Below, in pieces: positions 14,302 through 26,758 of a stretch of DNA of 64,000 nucleotides. The notes under the pieces are model-generated. The model searched no databases and was not told the origin of the DNA. It was given only the letters and a program-made list of their open reading frames with translations. The DNA is from Dicyema japonicum (taxonomy: Eukaryota > Animalia > Dicyemida), in assembly GCA_011109175.1 (NCBI GenBank), contig RDEW01000022.1:494315-558314 (forward strand), written 5' to 3'. The position numbers and the translations under genes were made by a program. How positions within the stretch are numbered: position 1 is the stretch's first letter; each line of letters begins with the position of its first letter.

Positions 14302-14338
14302 GTCGCTTCTCGGCCTTTTGGCTAAGATCAAAGTGTAG
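14302..14338 (+). pseudogene. U2: U2 snRNA 5' fragment (about nt 1-37), retro-copy
   Basis: gTCGCTTCTCGGCCTTTTGGCTAAGATCAAAGTGTAG matches the conserved metazoan U2 5' end. It stops inside the branch-point pairing sequence and has no Sm site. Confidence 0.92.
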
Positions 14339-14590
14339 GGCGATTTTTGTCAATAAAGTCAAAAATTCATATGTTCTTTAAAATTGTTTAAATTTTATAA
14401 AAATGTAGTTTTTAATCAAAAATATTATATTAATCGAAAGTTATAAAATCAAAAAGTCAAAATATTGGGTAATGTCAAAAAATCAAAATTTAATTTTTAA
14501 GGTCAATAAAGTCAAAAATTTTATTGATTTTTATTTTTTAATTTTTCGAGTTTTTAAATAAAATACTAGCGTGGCGATTGTTTAATCCAT

Positions 14591-14688
14591 CTACGATTAG
14601 TTAAAATTAACTCTTTTTTACTAAAAAAAAGTGTGTCCTGCCTATGCAGCTAATACTATGGCTCCGTAAAAATGTCTGTTATTATTAT
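14591..14688 (+). mobile_element. 3' fragment of the same SINE family
   Basis: CTACGATTAGTTAAAATTAACT...GTGTGTCCTGCCTATGCAGCTAATACTATGGCTCCGT, followed by (TTA)n. Confidence 0.8.
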
Positions 14689-15654
14689 AGTAGGGTGGTA
14701 TCAATTATTAGAAATATGTCAACACACTTATTGGTAGAATTTCTGATCCAAAGAAAATATTTTTAATATCTTGTCGTCCATTGTCTTCTGCGGCTAACTC
14801 GTCGACTGTCTGTCAGATAATTGACGATGTGCTAAGGGATTTTGCGATAGATCGAGAGAATTTTGTATTACTGGTATCTGATGCAGCCAGATACATGGTG
14901 GCTGTTGCACAGGTATTGAAGGTTTTATACACGAATTTGGATAATGCAACATGTGTTCTTCATCTTCTTCATAACAGTTGCCGTAAAATAAGAGGATATT
15001 TTAAACTTGTGGATTTTTGAATTTCATCGATAAAGGCTGTCAAAAACAAGACACGAAGAGAAAATTTTGCTGAAATTGGGTATCCACCTCAAGTTATTCT
15101 AACAAGATTGGGAAGTTGGATGGAAGCAGCTTGCTATTATTGCAAAAATTACACAGAAATAAAAAAATAATTGAAAGTTTCGATGGAGAGAGGATTTTAG
15201 TAGAAATATGTTCGCAAGCGGTTTGTCAAAACGAACCACGTACAAATTTATCATTAACATTATGCCAATATGACGATATGTGAAATAATTAAGGCAGAAG
15301 AAACCTATTTCACTATAGAAGACGCAGTTGAAGACATTAAGAAATTCCATTTTGGGGACGATTTATGTGGAATCGGGAAGTATTTAGAATCAAGATTATC
15401 TGTAAATCTAGTGTTTTCTATTTCAAAAATGGAAAAGCAACATATTTCTCCATTTGTATACAACTGTCTTAATAAGTGTCCTTCCACATCTGTTGAGAGA
15501 AGTTTTTCTTTATTGAATAAATTATTTCTAAAGACCAAAATTTTAAACCCGAAAACGTTTCGAACTAAATTATTCTGTTTTTTAATAAAGATTTTAATTA
15601 GCTTTTTTTAATTAAAAAATTTTTTTGTAGATAAATTTATCATAAAGTCAATTT

Positions 15655-15812
15655 TTCGCTTCGCTTCCTAAAGAAACTTAGACGCTTAGCTACACTAAAA
15701 AGCCACGACGCACGTGAGACCCGGTGGCTACTCCAGTTGATCTCTGTTGCAATCGTGAGAGGCAACGCAACGTCGATAATGTCGGCGGGGTCCACTTTGG
15801 ATGGATGGCAGT
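15655..15812 (+). repeat. GC-rich structured dispersed repeat inside the hAT element
   Basis: Second copy at 3850-3940 in reverse orientation. Hairpins AGCCAC/GTGGCT, GTTGC/GCAAC and CGTCGA/TCGGCG. Confidence 0.7.
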
Positions 15813-16180
15813 TTTAAATATGATTTACTAGGGATAAATTAACTGATTATTTTTCTAAAATTGATTTATTTATAAAGTCAAAAAAATTGCCCTAGTTATG
15901 AGTTATTGTTGACAAATGTATACTCATCAGCAGAACCATTGAATTTATTTCTATATTTTGTTTGATAGATTTATATATTGAAAACTCAGACTCGCATAAG
16001 TAAGTCGTTGTTAAAAGTAATAGTGTACGTATTGCCTTTCCTGAGATATCAGGACATTTTGAGATATTCTTCCTAAACGGCGAAGCATGTAATGTTATTT
16101 TTATTTATAGATGACCGCGAAAATTCAATTTTCCGTTTTAAGGCCATTACTTTATCGTTCAAAATACAAACAGATTGATA

Positions 16181-17797
16181 CAGTGCGACCCCGAATTGGG
16201 GAATCCCAAGTAGCGGGGAAACTTTTTTTTGGGGGAAATATTTTCGCCATCACTATAAAATACGATGATTTTTAAAAAAATAAACCCCCTACTGGGGAAA
16301 ATTTTATATTATCAAAAACGATTAATATATTTCTATAATTTTAGATTTATTATTTATTCTAACCTGTTTTAAAAGTTATTCTATAAATTTTAGAAAGCGA
16401 ATGCCTAGAAAACTAAATCAAAGTGAAAAATCAGAATTTGCAAGGATATACAGTCAGGTCTAAGGATAAATTGATTTGTGAAATATTTAACATCTCTAAA
16501 GAATGCTATCCCACTAAAAAGAAAGGGAAGGAATCCTAGCTCAAGGCTTCTCAACATCCAAGGGACAATTGGATGCGAATTGAATGCCCAAGTTTACGAG
16601 ATTTTTCGTAATCTCAGGTCGAAAGGTTTCAATCAATCCTTAAAGCTAATTGCACGTAAAATTGCATATGAAATTCAAATCAAGATTTCACTGGCTTTAA
16701 CCGATTTAAGAACAATTCGAAATAAAATTCAGAATATTACATGGCGACAATCAGCTGATAAGGAGGTAAGGAAACTTCCTATCGACTTTCAATGATTTGC
16801 TTGAATGGTGAAGAAAACATTTCAATTGTGATGAAACTGCATTATTTTATAAACCCGTTTCTAAAAAGAGTTGAAAGAAATGAGTCACACAGCGGACATA
16901 AAATAAGAAAAACGCATGACACTTCTTTTGTGTTACAGTTACACAGGAGAAAATATAATTGGACGTGCAAAGTCACCGAGAGTATTAAAAGGTGTGAATC
17001 TGAAAGAAATCGGCATTGAATTATTATGCTTCTTGCAAAACTGGATGACAAAAAATATTTTTGAAATTGGTTATCTCGATTTAACGAGGAAATGAGGAGA
17101 AAAGAAAAAAATAGCATTATTAATTGACAATGCAACATGTCTCTGCCTAATATTCAAACGTCGACGTAATATTTTTTCCAAAAAACACAACTTCCTTAAT
17201 TCAGTTATGTGATCAAAAGATAATACAGACTTGTAAGAATCATTTCAATAATTGGATGATGAAAACGGTTATCTATGATAAAATCCTGTAGCTCAAAAGG
17301 GAATCACAATATTGGATACTATTTCATGTTCGAAATTGGCATGGGGCAAGATTACAGAAACTTCAATATGACATTGCTTTGAAAAGGCTTTGGAATATGA
17401 CTGTTGGGATAAAGAGGACACCGAGAAAGTCTATTGATTTGGATATTGTGGAAAATGCGATTTTGGAGAGCTTCTGGATGATAATAGTAATGATGACTGC
17501 AGCGAACAATTTCTGGAACATTTGAATAATCAACAAGTTATAAACAATGCGGAATGTCCACAAATGCTGCTACATGTTATTAAGCAAGAGACTCTGGAAA
17601 ATGTCCTTGATCTATACAGATTCAAAGCAAATATTATGAGTTCGATTCGAAAAAAACGAAACACTCGATTAAAATTAACAGATTTTTTTATTAAAAAATA
17701 AAAATTGTAATTATCCGTCTTGGTTATATTATTAAAGTAGGATATCGAACAGAGGAGAGCCAAATTTAAGGAAAACCCTTTTTTTGAGGTCGCACTC
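16181..17797 (+). mobile_element. pogo/Tigger-like DNA transposon, decayed
   Basis: TA|CAGTGCGACCCC at the left end and GAGGTCGCACTC|TA at the right end. CENP-B-type HTH region, DNATC and FFPKNTTSLIQLCDQKII motifs. Confidence 0.85.
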
Positions 17798-17989
17798 TAT
17801 TTTCCTTATAGCGATAATGTAAATTTATTCAGTTTATCATAAAAAAATATTATTCAATTTTATAAGAATTTTAATGAGAAACAATAATTGCATAAGAGAT
17901 TTAAAAATATTGAATGCATTATGCGGATGATATAATCGTCGCAGTCAAAGACCAGTGCGTTAATACTGCTGTTTACAGGATACAAGCTT

Positions 17990-18635
17990 CATTGGACGAG
18001 CTGAACTGTTAACTCGTTAATAACATTCTACATACAAGTCCTGAAAAGTCTTATACAACATTTTTCACAACAGAAGATTGACAAACTCCGCTCCATGTGT
18101 AACCATAAATGGAAACTCAATCCCCACGACCACTCTGTCAAGATACTGGGCGTAACTTACGACCCACTCTTGACCTTCAGCAAACACATCGACAACGTCA
18201 TCTCTTTGACACAACGAAAGCTAAATTTTTGTTAAAACACTCCTTGGACAATATAAGGGGTGTTTCAACTCAAATTTGGACTCGCTTTTCGTGCAGTATA
18301 TTCAACCGTCTCTAACTTACGGGTGTGCTGCATGGGAAACCAACCTATCAAACAGGAATATAGAAAAAATCAATACCTTCCAAAAAATGGCCAGTAAGGC
18401 TTTGCAAAGTTTTCTTGGACACCTCTAAACCCTACACCTATTGAGGAATTAGTGAGGAAAACCGGAGCCTTACTACCCTCCAAAACAGTTAGAAACTCCC
18501 GCCCAATCCGAAAATGCGTTGGAACCCAGGAAGAACACCGAGCAAGAATGAGATGGCTACTCGCGGCCGGAATCACCTGAAGGCTATAGTTAATTAATTT
18601 GTCGGTGATTTTTGGTTTTTAATAATAATAATAAT
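17990..18635 (+). mobile_element. 5'-truncated I-group LINE 3' part
   Basis: ILGVTYDPLLTFSKHIDNV and YGCAAW. Variant 3' motif CCGGAATCAC...TTAATTAA...GGTGATTTTTGG, then (AAT)n. Confidence 0.7.
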
Positions 18636-20029
18636 TCACGCACGGTACTCGCTGTGGTCGTTGTAGTGCTAAGAAGAAAGAAGCGAAAAAGAATGGAAAA
18701 TCAGAAAAGAACATGCAGAAAACTAATCAGGCCAAGTCTGACTCCGTTCACTGCCCATCTATGGATCATGTTCATTCGAAGAAATACTACTTTTACCTGC
18801 GAGATCGAAAGAGCAGTGCGTGTCCTGTGGATATTGCAACGCGAGGAAGTACAGGTTGAATTGCACACCTTGCTGGAGATTTTTCCACCTCGGGTTTGTC
18901 CGAATTGGCTGCGAGATCTTACTACAAATGGGACTGCGCATACTATATGGATGCCGACCCCGCTCGGTACCGTCATCCGGTCGAGTCCAGTCTTTCTCAT
19001 ATTTTGGATGAATCGAACCTTTGTTGTTACGCCTATCGGAGAGTCAGAAAAGTAGACGGATTTTACTGAAGATACCAAAGGCCGCTCGAATTCATGCTGC
19101 TGAATTTCTCACGTCATTAATTTATAAAGCCATCAGTACCAGCAACCAGGCTTCTTGGATACGTCTACTGAGTTTTGCAACTATGACCCTTGGAATTTCT
19201 GCCTCAGAGCAAGCTCGCAACGGATCACTGGCCTCAAAAACCAAGAAGAATAATTTTGCCTTTTTAGCCACTTGTCTTGTGACAAAGCGTTATTGAAGCG
19301 TGAAGTCTTGGAGTAATTGAGAAGAAAACACCCTGCTCCACCACCGAACCAGCGGAACTTGACAATGCCAGAAGACCTCCCGGCATTTACTCCCACGGAA
19401 TTCGAAGTAGTGCGTGAAATAAAGTCCTTTGTTCCCAGTAACTGCGAAGGTCTGGATGGACTACGCCCAAGCCATATAAAGGACTTAACCTCCGAAGCTA
19501 CTGCTGATGCCGGCCGTGCCTTGTTAACGTCTATCACCTTGCTGCTCACTCGAATAGCTAATGGCGATATTCCAAAATTTGCTAGAGATCTTCTTTTTGT
19601 GACATTTATTGGCATTCCGAAAGGAGATGAAGGTGTCCGCCCAATTGCGATCGGTACATACTTTCAAAGGCTAGCTGCTAAAATCGCTGCCCGGAGAGTC
19701 TCCCGCAATGTTGCTGAAGAGCTGTTCCCGACTCAACTTGGGGTGGGAGTGACCGGAGGTTGCGAGGCAGCAGTCCACGCCGTGAGGAGTTACAACAACA
19801 ATAATTCCCAGACCCAAAGGCCTGAAACTTGATATATCAAGTGCCTTCAACTCGCTGAGGAGAGACTGTATTTTGGAAACCTGTTGGAAGAGAGCTCCAG
19901 AGATTGGCCGACTTGTACACTTATCGTATGAAACGGACTCAGCTTTAGTTTACGGAAGCGACATCGTTTATTCACGCAAAGGCGTTCAGCAGGGAGACCC
20001 TCTAAGGCCTTTGCTTTTTGCAATGACGT
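18636..20029 (+). mobile_element. CRE-like (RLE) retrotransposon, 5' half
   Basis: Cys-rich N-terminal remnant, GLDGLRPSHIKDL, VRPIAIG, QLGVGVTGGCEAAVHA and GVQQGDPL. Cut by Tc1 and MULE insertions. Confidence 0.85.
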
Positions 20030-21535
20030 CCCGTGTAAATGTTACCGCCAGGGTCAAGTAATTCATAAGATAAGCAAAAAATGTTACTTTTATTTGATAA
20101 CTTTTATTATTTTAAAAAGCTTTCAAATGCTTTTAAATTTTAGCCAAACTAATCAATTTTTTATTTATTTATTTCATCCCTTAAAAATGGGATTTTTCCA
20201 CTTTTTATTTTTTAACGAAAATTAACCCGTGCATATGTTACCGCCACCTAAAGGAATTAGATATATCTGAAGTCAAGTATTGATTATTTTATTTTTAAAT
20301 TTCTTAAATGTACAATAAATTTAAAAAAACGTTAAATTTCACGTGTTTCAGTTGAAAATCGTTATAAAATCATATTTTTTTATTGAAAATGGGACTTCGA
20401 TTTCTAAAGTTGCTAGTACTCTCGGAATAGGCAGAAGTACAGTTCGTGAAATCCATAAGCGCTAAATTTAAGGATATGGCTGCAATGATAGACCTAAATC
20501 TGGCCGGAAAAAAATTTTGTCGGCACGATATGAAAGAATTCTCGTCCGAAATTCTGTGTTAATCCCAATAAAATCTAATCAGATCCGAACAGACTGTGAT
20601 GTTTCTCATCTTGTCAGCAATGATGCTGTAAAAAAATATTACTTCAAAATAATCTTTTCGGACGAGCAGCGGTCAAAACACCGTTGCTTATTGAGCCTCA
20701 AAAAACAAAAAGAAAATTGTGGTGTAAAAGTAAAATACTCTTCGAATGGAAAAATGTAATTTTCAGCGATGAGTGTCGGATTTCATTGAGTCTCGAATCG
20801 AGAGAATATGTTAGAAGACCTCGGGAATCTCGATTTGAAACAAGGTATGCAACTAAGACAATTAAATATTCATCTTCTACAATGGTATGGGGTGCAATTA
20901 GAAATGATGGAAAACGAGTGCTAGTTTTATGCACTGAAAATGTAAATTCTGTTAAATATCAACGAATTCTGTCTGAAGGACTTGTTGAAATTTATCAAAA
21001 AAGATACTTTTTACAACAAGATGGTGCTCCTTCACAAACTTAAGTCTACAAAAAATATCTCCAAAACAAAGAGATCACAGTTTTAAAAAAATTGGCCTCC
21101 ACAATCTCCAGACCTGAATATTATTGAGACTTGTTGGAGTTATCTAAAATCAAAAATAAAAGATAAAAGTCCAAAAACAGTTTCAGAACTGTGGATAACC
21201 GCTCAAAATATTTGGAACACTATGGACAATGAATATATACAATTATTACACAAATCCATGCCTAAAAGAATTGACGAAGTTATTTGCAATAAAGGAGGAA
21301 CTTCTAAATATTGATTTTACAATTTATTTAACAAAATCTCGGTTTATCTTGAATTTTGAGTAAAGTGGCGGTAACATATGCACGGGTTAATTTTCGTTAA
21401 AAAAAATGACAAGTGGAAAAATCCCATTTTTAAGTATGAAATAAAAAATAAAAAATTGATTAGGTTGGCTAAAATTTAAAAAGCATATTTGCTTTTTAAA
21501 ATAATAAAAAATATCAAATAAAAGTGACATTTTTG
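20030..21535 (+). mobile_element. Tc1-like transposon with long IR/DR-type terminal repeats
   Basis: DDE motifs FSDE, QQDGAP and SPDLNIIE. Direct repeats CCCGTG(T/C)A(A/T)ATGTTACCGCCA at 20030 and 20226, and inverted at 21366-21386. About 170 bp of inverted similarity extends to about 21535, where a MULE truncates it. Confidence 0.9.
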
Positions 21536-21536
21536 A

Positions 21537-23015
21537 TTTTACCAAGGTCCTCGACATCTTTAGGTAAAAAATCATCTTTTTAAAAATCTTATAAAAATTG
21601 ATTTTAAGGGGTCCTATGGGTAAGTGGGACATTTTACCAAGGTCCCTCAATCCCTTCGAATAAAAATTAATTATATTTATCAAAACTAAATTTAATGAGT
21701 TATTATCTCTTTTAATTACTTTTATTATAATAAAACTTTTGAATAATTTAATTAATCAATTGATTCACTATTGCACCGTTTCTCGTTAATAAAAGGGAAA
21801 TAGAAGCTTAGAACATGATGGAAATCTGTACCATTTAAATTACATATTGGAATTGCTCAGGTCATACCTGTTTTGGATCTGTAAAAACCATTCAATCGTG
21901 TGAAGTTAAAAGTCTGAAGCAACATAATCATCTTCCAAGGAGTGAATTTGTCAAGAGAGTCTTAATACGGGAGGACATAAAGTTTCCTTAGAAGCAGTTA
22001 TTCATAATTTCGGTAATAATTAATTACCATGTAATTCCAATAATGTTCTATCTTTTAACATCAAAAACTGAAAATGAGTATGACACAATGCCTCTAATAA
22101 TTAAACGTCTCACTCCGGATTTAGAACCAAGAGTTATTGTCTCAGATTTTGAAATAGGAACAATAAACTTTTTTCAAAAGTCATTTCCAAACGCATGGAT
22201 AAATTGCTGCATGTTTCATCTAGGACAAAATATTAACAAAAAAATATTGGAATTAGGAGTTTTCAACGACATAAATAATAAAGATATAAATAGGTTAAAT
22301 GTGATTTAAAATTAACAATAGATTTGTAAAACTGTTGAAATGCCTCTCCCTTATTCCTAGACATACTGTAAAGAACACTTTTGATTAGATAGTGTCGAGA
22401 TCAGATTATCCTGCGATTCTAAACTCACTACATCAATATTTTTTAATCAATTATATCGGAAATCAAGAAAATGGATTAAATCCAAAATTTCTAATTAATT
22501 ATTGAAATAATCTGGATAATTTATATGAGGACTTACAACGGACAAATAACTCCTTTGAAGGCTGGCACAACGTTTTTAGAAGTACATTTGGACACTAAAC
22601 AAGACTCCAAGAAATTTTGTAAAGAAATTAAAGAAGAAGGCATAATGATAAAAATCTTAAGATTATAAAATGGAGAAAAAAATTCTTAGAAAAACTAAAT
22701 ATATCGCTGTATCTGAGAATATATTGAGATTTGTTTAAGAACAAATGTTACTTAAAATGGACCCGATAGAATATATATTCAATTTAGTAGAAAATGTTAT
22801 TCTACTAACATTTATAATTATTTTCTTTTTTTTGAAAATAAATCTTTCATTTTAAAGTTAAATAAAAATTTTAAAAAAGATGACATTTTACCTAAAGATG
22901 TCGAAGACCATGGCAAAATGTTCCACTTACCCATAGGACCCGTTAAAATCAATTTTTATAAGATTTAAAAAAGATGACTTTTTTACTTAAAGATGTCGAG
23001 GACCTTAGTAAAATA
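21537..23015 (+). mobile_element. Mutator/MULE DNA transposon with long TIRs
   Basis: Inverted repeats of over 100 bp at about 21537-21650 and 22890-23013. Transposase motifs VSDFEIG, CMFHLGQ and RTNNSFEGWHN. Candidate 28-nt intron at 22294-22321. Confidence 0.88.
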
Positions 23016-24430
23016 TCATGTGATGTTTATTGATGAACTTATCCAAAACCTGAGAGAATTAATTAGAGGCCATTTTGAATGGAGGCTATTTTGAATAAGA
23101 ACCATATCAGGATATTTCTTCAACCATTCCAGCTCTAAACGAATTGGGTTAAGTGTCAATGTTATGAAATCGGAACTATATTTCCTGCTCATCTCCAAGC
23201 TTTTCTACTGCCTGCCAAAAATTTAGATCCCTACTTCCAGGTTTCAGCATATACTCCATGGACAAGGCACACTTCCTCGGCTGCCCTTTCGGAAACGACG
23301 AGCTGGAAAACTGCCTTACCAGTAAGAATAATGAAGTTGATGTCTTTACAAAGAGAGTATCATCTTTGGATCACATGTGTCCTTCTTGCTCAAGAAATGT
23401 ATTTCCATGTCGAAGATGATGTACATTTTGAGATGTTCACCATGTTTTGAACACCAGAGAGCACTATTGTCGGCTGATGGTACTCTGAATCAATACAATA
23501 CTGAATGTCAAATTCGATGATCTGAGCAGGACAATGTGCAAACTTCCTGCGAGTAATGGGTTAAGATGCCTCCTTAAAGCCGCCCTGCCTGCCTACTTTT
23601 CATCCTTTGCGAGCTGCAGTCGCTTAGTCCAAGCAGTCCAACGCAACCAGAAATACCTTGGACTCGGAGCTTGATAGAGTTTGCAAGTTGTGGGGTAAGC
23701 TGGGACTCAATTGCATCTATGAGCACTCTGGAGTCCGCGAAGAAAAGCGCCAACCAACATCGACGCACATCACGGAAATGGAGTCTGGCTCGAGGCCCTA
23801 CCATGCCCACATTTGGGGACCCTCCTTGACGAAAACAGCCTGAGGTTCGGGATGGCACTGCGCCTAGGACTGGACATATGCCAGAGACACAAATGCCGCT
23901 GCGGCGGGGACGTTGATGCGAAAAGCTTTCATCCACTCTCTTGCCGACGAAGTGCTGGTCAAGCCCCGCAGCCTAGATGACATCATTTTCGATCCCTCAA
24001 GGCCGCGGGATTTCCAGCCCAATTGGAACCTTTGGGCATAGACAGAAGCGACGGGAAGAGGCCGGATGGCATGACGTTGATCCCATACTTCCACGGAAAA
24101 TCACTCGTCTTCGACACAACGTGTGTGGACACCTTCTCAGGTGCCAGATCTCTGACGGCGACGCAGCCGACCAGGCAGAGGCCAAGAAGATCCGTAAGTA
24201 CGAATTTCTCGGAGACCATTACCATTTTACCCCCATTGCTGTGGAGACAACTGGAACCGTGGGAGCGAAAACGGACGCCTTTCTCCACAGCATTGGAAGC
24301 AAACTCGCCTAAAAAGGTGCGATCCACGGGAAGGACTCTGGTTGAGGCAGAGACTCGAAATGGCGAGTATCAGAGGTAACGTCTTCGCCATTCTGTCGTC
24401 CTAATTATCTATAATTTAAAAATAAATAAA
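23016..24430 (+). mobile_element. CRE-like retrotransposon 3' half with restriction-like endonuclease
   Basis: SGVWLEALP, a Cys/His region, [26 protein letters not shown] and AVETTG. Plausibly continues 18636-20029. Confidence 0.85.
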
Positions 24431-24544
24431 TTATGTGCTAATAAAAAATAGAATAATGATTAACTAACACAAAACAGACAGGGGATATGGATGATTGATA
24501 TATTTTAATAATTAAAAACTATTATTAAATAATTTATAATAAAT

Positions 24545-24588
24545 TTCGGAACCCTGGGGTTCCCCGGAACTCAGGTTGGGAACTACTG
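24545..24588 (+). mobile_element. Orphan right terminus of a hAT (Buster/Charlie-like) element
   Basis: GGAACCCTGGGGTTCC subterminal palindrome and CAGGTTGGGAACTACTG end, followed by CTCTAC. No partner end found. Confidence 0.55.
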
Positions 24589-25204
24589 CTCTACTTTTAT
24601 TCCGAATTGAATGCATCTATGAGATCATCAGGAGCTATGGACGTGTGGAAGACTTATATCTTAATGTTCCGGAGGGAGGCAATAATCAGAAAACGTATTC
24701 GAGACGTATCTTTTATAAGAGGGAAGACCTGAGAGCACTGTGGATGTAAGAAGACTTGGATGTCTCAAGACGGCTAGCTGTCATTCATCGGGTAGCTGGT
24801 TGAATGCTAACGATATTATGGAATCATAATCTGCTCAGGATTTTTTAGAGGGAAGTCACGATCAACTTTGTCATCAATAATGAACAAAACATATTAAAAT
24901 GGCATTAGATCGCAATCTCGAGAAGAGCATGGACATAAAAAACTCTTTACTAAAATGGTCAAATCTACATTCTTTATAGACCTTTGTTGGCCTTATTTCT
25001 TGGATATCAAATTTTATTGATTAGTAATTATCCTGTACAAATTTCTCTAGACTCATTAATGGAATTAATGGTTAAACATTTTCAATCCATCAATGAGGAA
25101 TCTAGATTGAACGCCCAATAATGGAACCCACCAGTTCACTAAATAATCCTACGTATTCTAAACTTTAAAGAATAAATGATAAATAGCCAGTTAAGAGAGA
25201 ATAA

Positions 25205-26226
25205 TTACTCCAACAATTCGGACTTGAACCGACAAATGGGATTAATGAATATGTTGACATATTTTTCAATTTGGATAAATGACCCATTTTCTATGATTAG
25301 CCTGTCTTTTTCAGTTTCCATAATAATATCCTGCATTACAGATAACGCATAAAGGACTGTTTCCTATTTTATCTGTAAAATGCTAACTTGAAACATTCCC
25401 ATCGTTTTAATATGGAAACCCACAATCAAACCTGAGAATAGATCACCTGTCCCCACGAATCTGAATTTAGATTTTTTATATTTTATTCTGAACGCACGGA
25501 TTGAACCATCTATAAATAAAACAACACACGTGCCTGATTTTTTCTCAGAAGCAACTGTCAACATGTAAGATTCCAAGGCGATGCTGCTGATAATAACCCT
25601 TTGGGGTCCAAATTGATGTAGTTTGTTTAAAACTCTCAAAATGTCTTGATTATTATCTGACAATTCAAATCCAGATAATTTTCTGAATAATTAGCGCAAT
25701 TACTCTGCCTCAAACTGATTTGGAATGATAACATCTGCTATTGGAAATATATAGGTTTTGTAGAGATTGACTAGTTCTTGGGGAGCATACTAAATTAAAC
25801 TCACATAACCAACAAATCTTCCATTGTCCCCAAAACAGGATCACAAACTAATAAATGAAATTTTTATACAATATATTTTTAGAATTTTTTGATATTTTAG
25901 ATCACCAATGATTTCACTCAATTTTATAAGGACATCTTTTTTATTAACATATCCTGTTAGTAGATATGAATAATTATTCAAATTATTGTGTTTCAGGGCA
26001 TTGTAAATATTATCAAGTTCATTAGTGGATAATTCTACTCCATCGAACATTTTATAGTCTACAACTAACAAACCTATCAACTAGTGGGGTTGCTGAATTG
26101 AACAGTATGAATTTCATCTACACTCATCCCCATCACTCGCAGTGGAAACACAGAAGATTTGTTGCCCACTATCCCGGAGACCACGTGACTATGAATCGAC
26201 AGTATCTTACCATCATATGAGTTCAT
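25205..26226 (-). CDS. PDXK: Pyridoxal kinase (ribokinase family), with micro-introns
   Basis: [40 protein letters not shown] and FVGTGDLF. Introns are 21-24 nt, e.g. 25683-25703 (21 nt). Confidence 0.93.
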
Positions 26227-26758
26227 TTAACTTTATAACGCTAATATTTTTTATAACAAAATAATTAGGTCAGATTATTATAATTTTAAACCACCATAAA
26301 AATATTGACGATTCGCTGTTCTCACCAAAATAATAAATTATAAATCCACAAAACATTTGAATACCTGTTTTTCACGCAAGTAAGAATTGGAAACTTGGAT
26401 AGAATATAGGACACAAAACTATAACAAGTCAGGGTAAGTTTAGTTATTGAAATTTTGGGATTATTGAGGAAGACAATGTCTTTTTGATGTCACAAAGATA
26501 ACACTTTCACAAATTGTCAATAAAGGTGACTTTGAGGGGGGAATCTAATATAAATAATAATAGAATACAGTAACACCAAATTAACTAGTCACGTGATCCA
26601 GGGACGCTCCAAAAAAGACTTCTTTATCTCAATCTATCTACTTTGAAGTATATTCTTCTATCAGGAACATCGATTGCCATGGTGTACTCGTCTTCGTCGA
26701 CCACTCAAGAAATTTCCCAACCATAATTTCAGGTTTGCGTCAATGTTCGACAAATATA

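Larger units (their letters stand above)
13971..15894 (+). mobile_element. hAT-superfamily DNA transposon with decayed transposase and nested SINE insertions
   Basis: TIRs TAGGGCGATTTTT (13971) and AAAAATTGCCCTA (ends 15894). Perfect 8-bp TSD GTTATGAG at 13963-13970 and 15895-15902. Transposase motifs VSDAARYM, CVLHLLHN and STSVERSFS. Confidence 0.92.

Noticed and set aside
14302-14360. Functional U2 gene, or a U2-targeting Utopia/Keno insertion
   Set aside because: Only 37 nt of U2 are present and the 3' part of U2 was not seen in the window. The next sequence is the duplicated hAT end rather than a retroelement.
20222-21390. piggyBac-like element (TTAA|CCC...GGG|TTAA) carrying a Tc1 transposase
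   Set aside because: The inverted repeat continues outward beyond the TTAA, so these are the inner direct repeats of a long Tc1 IR/DR.
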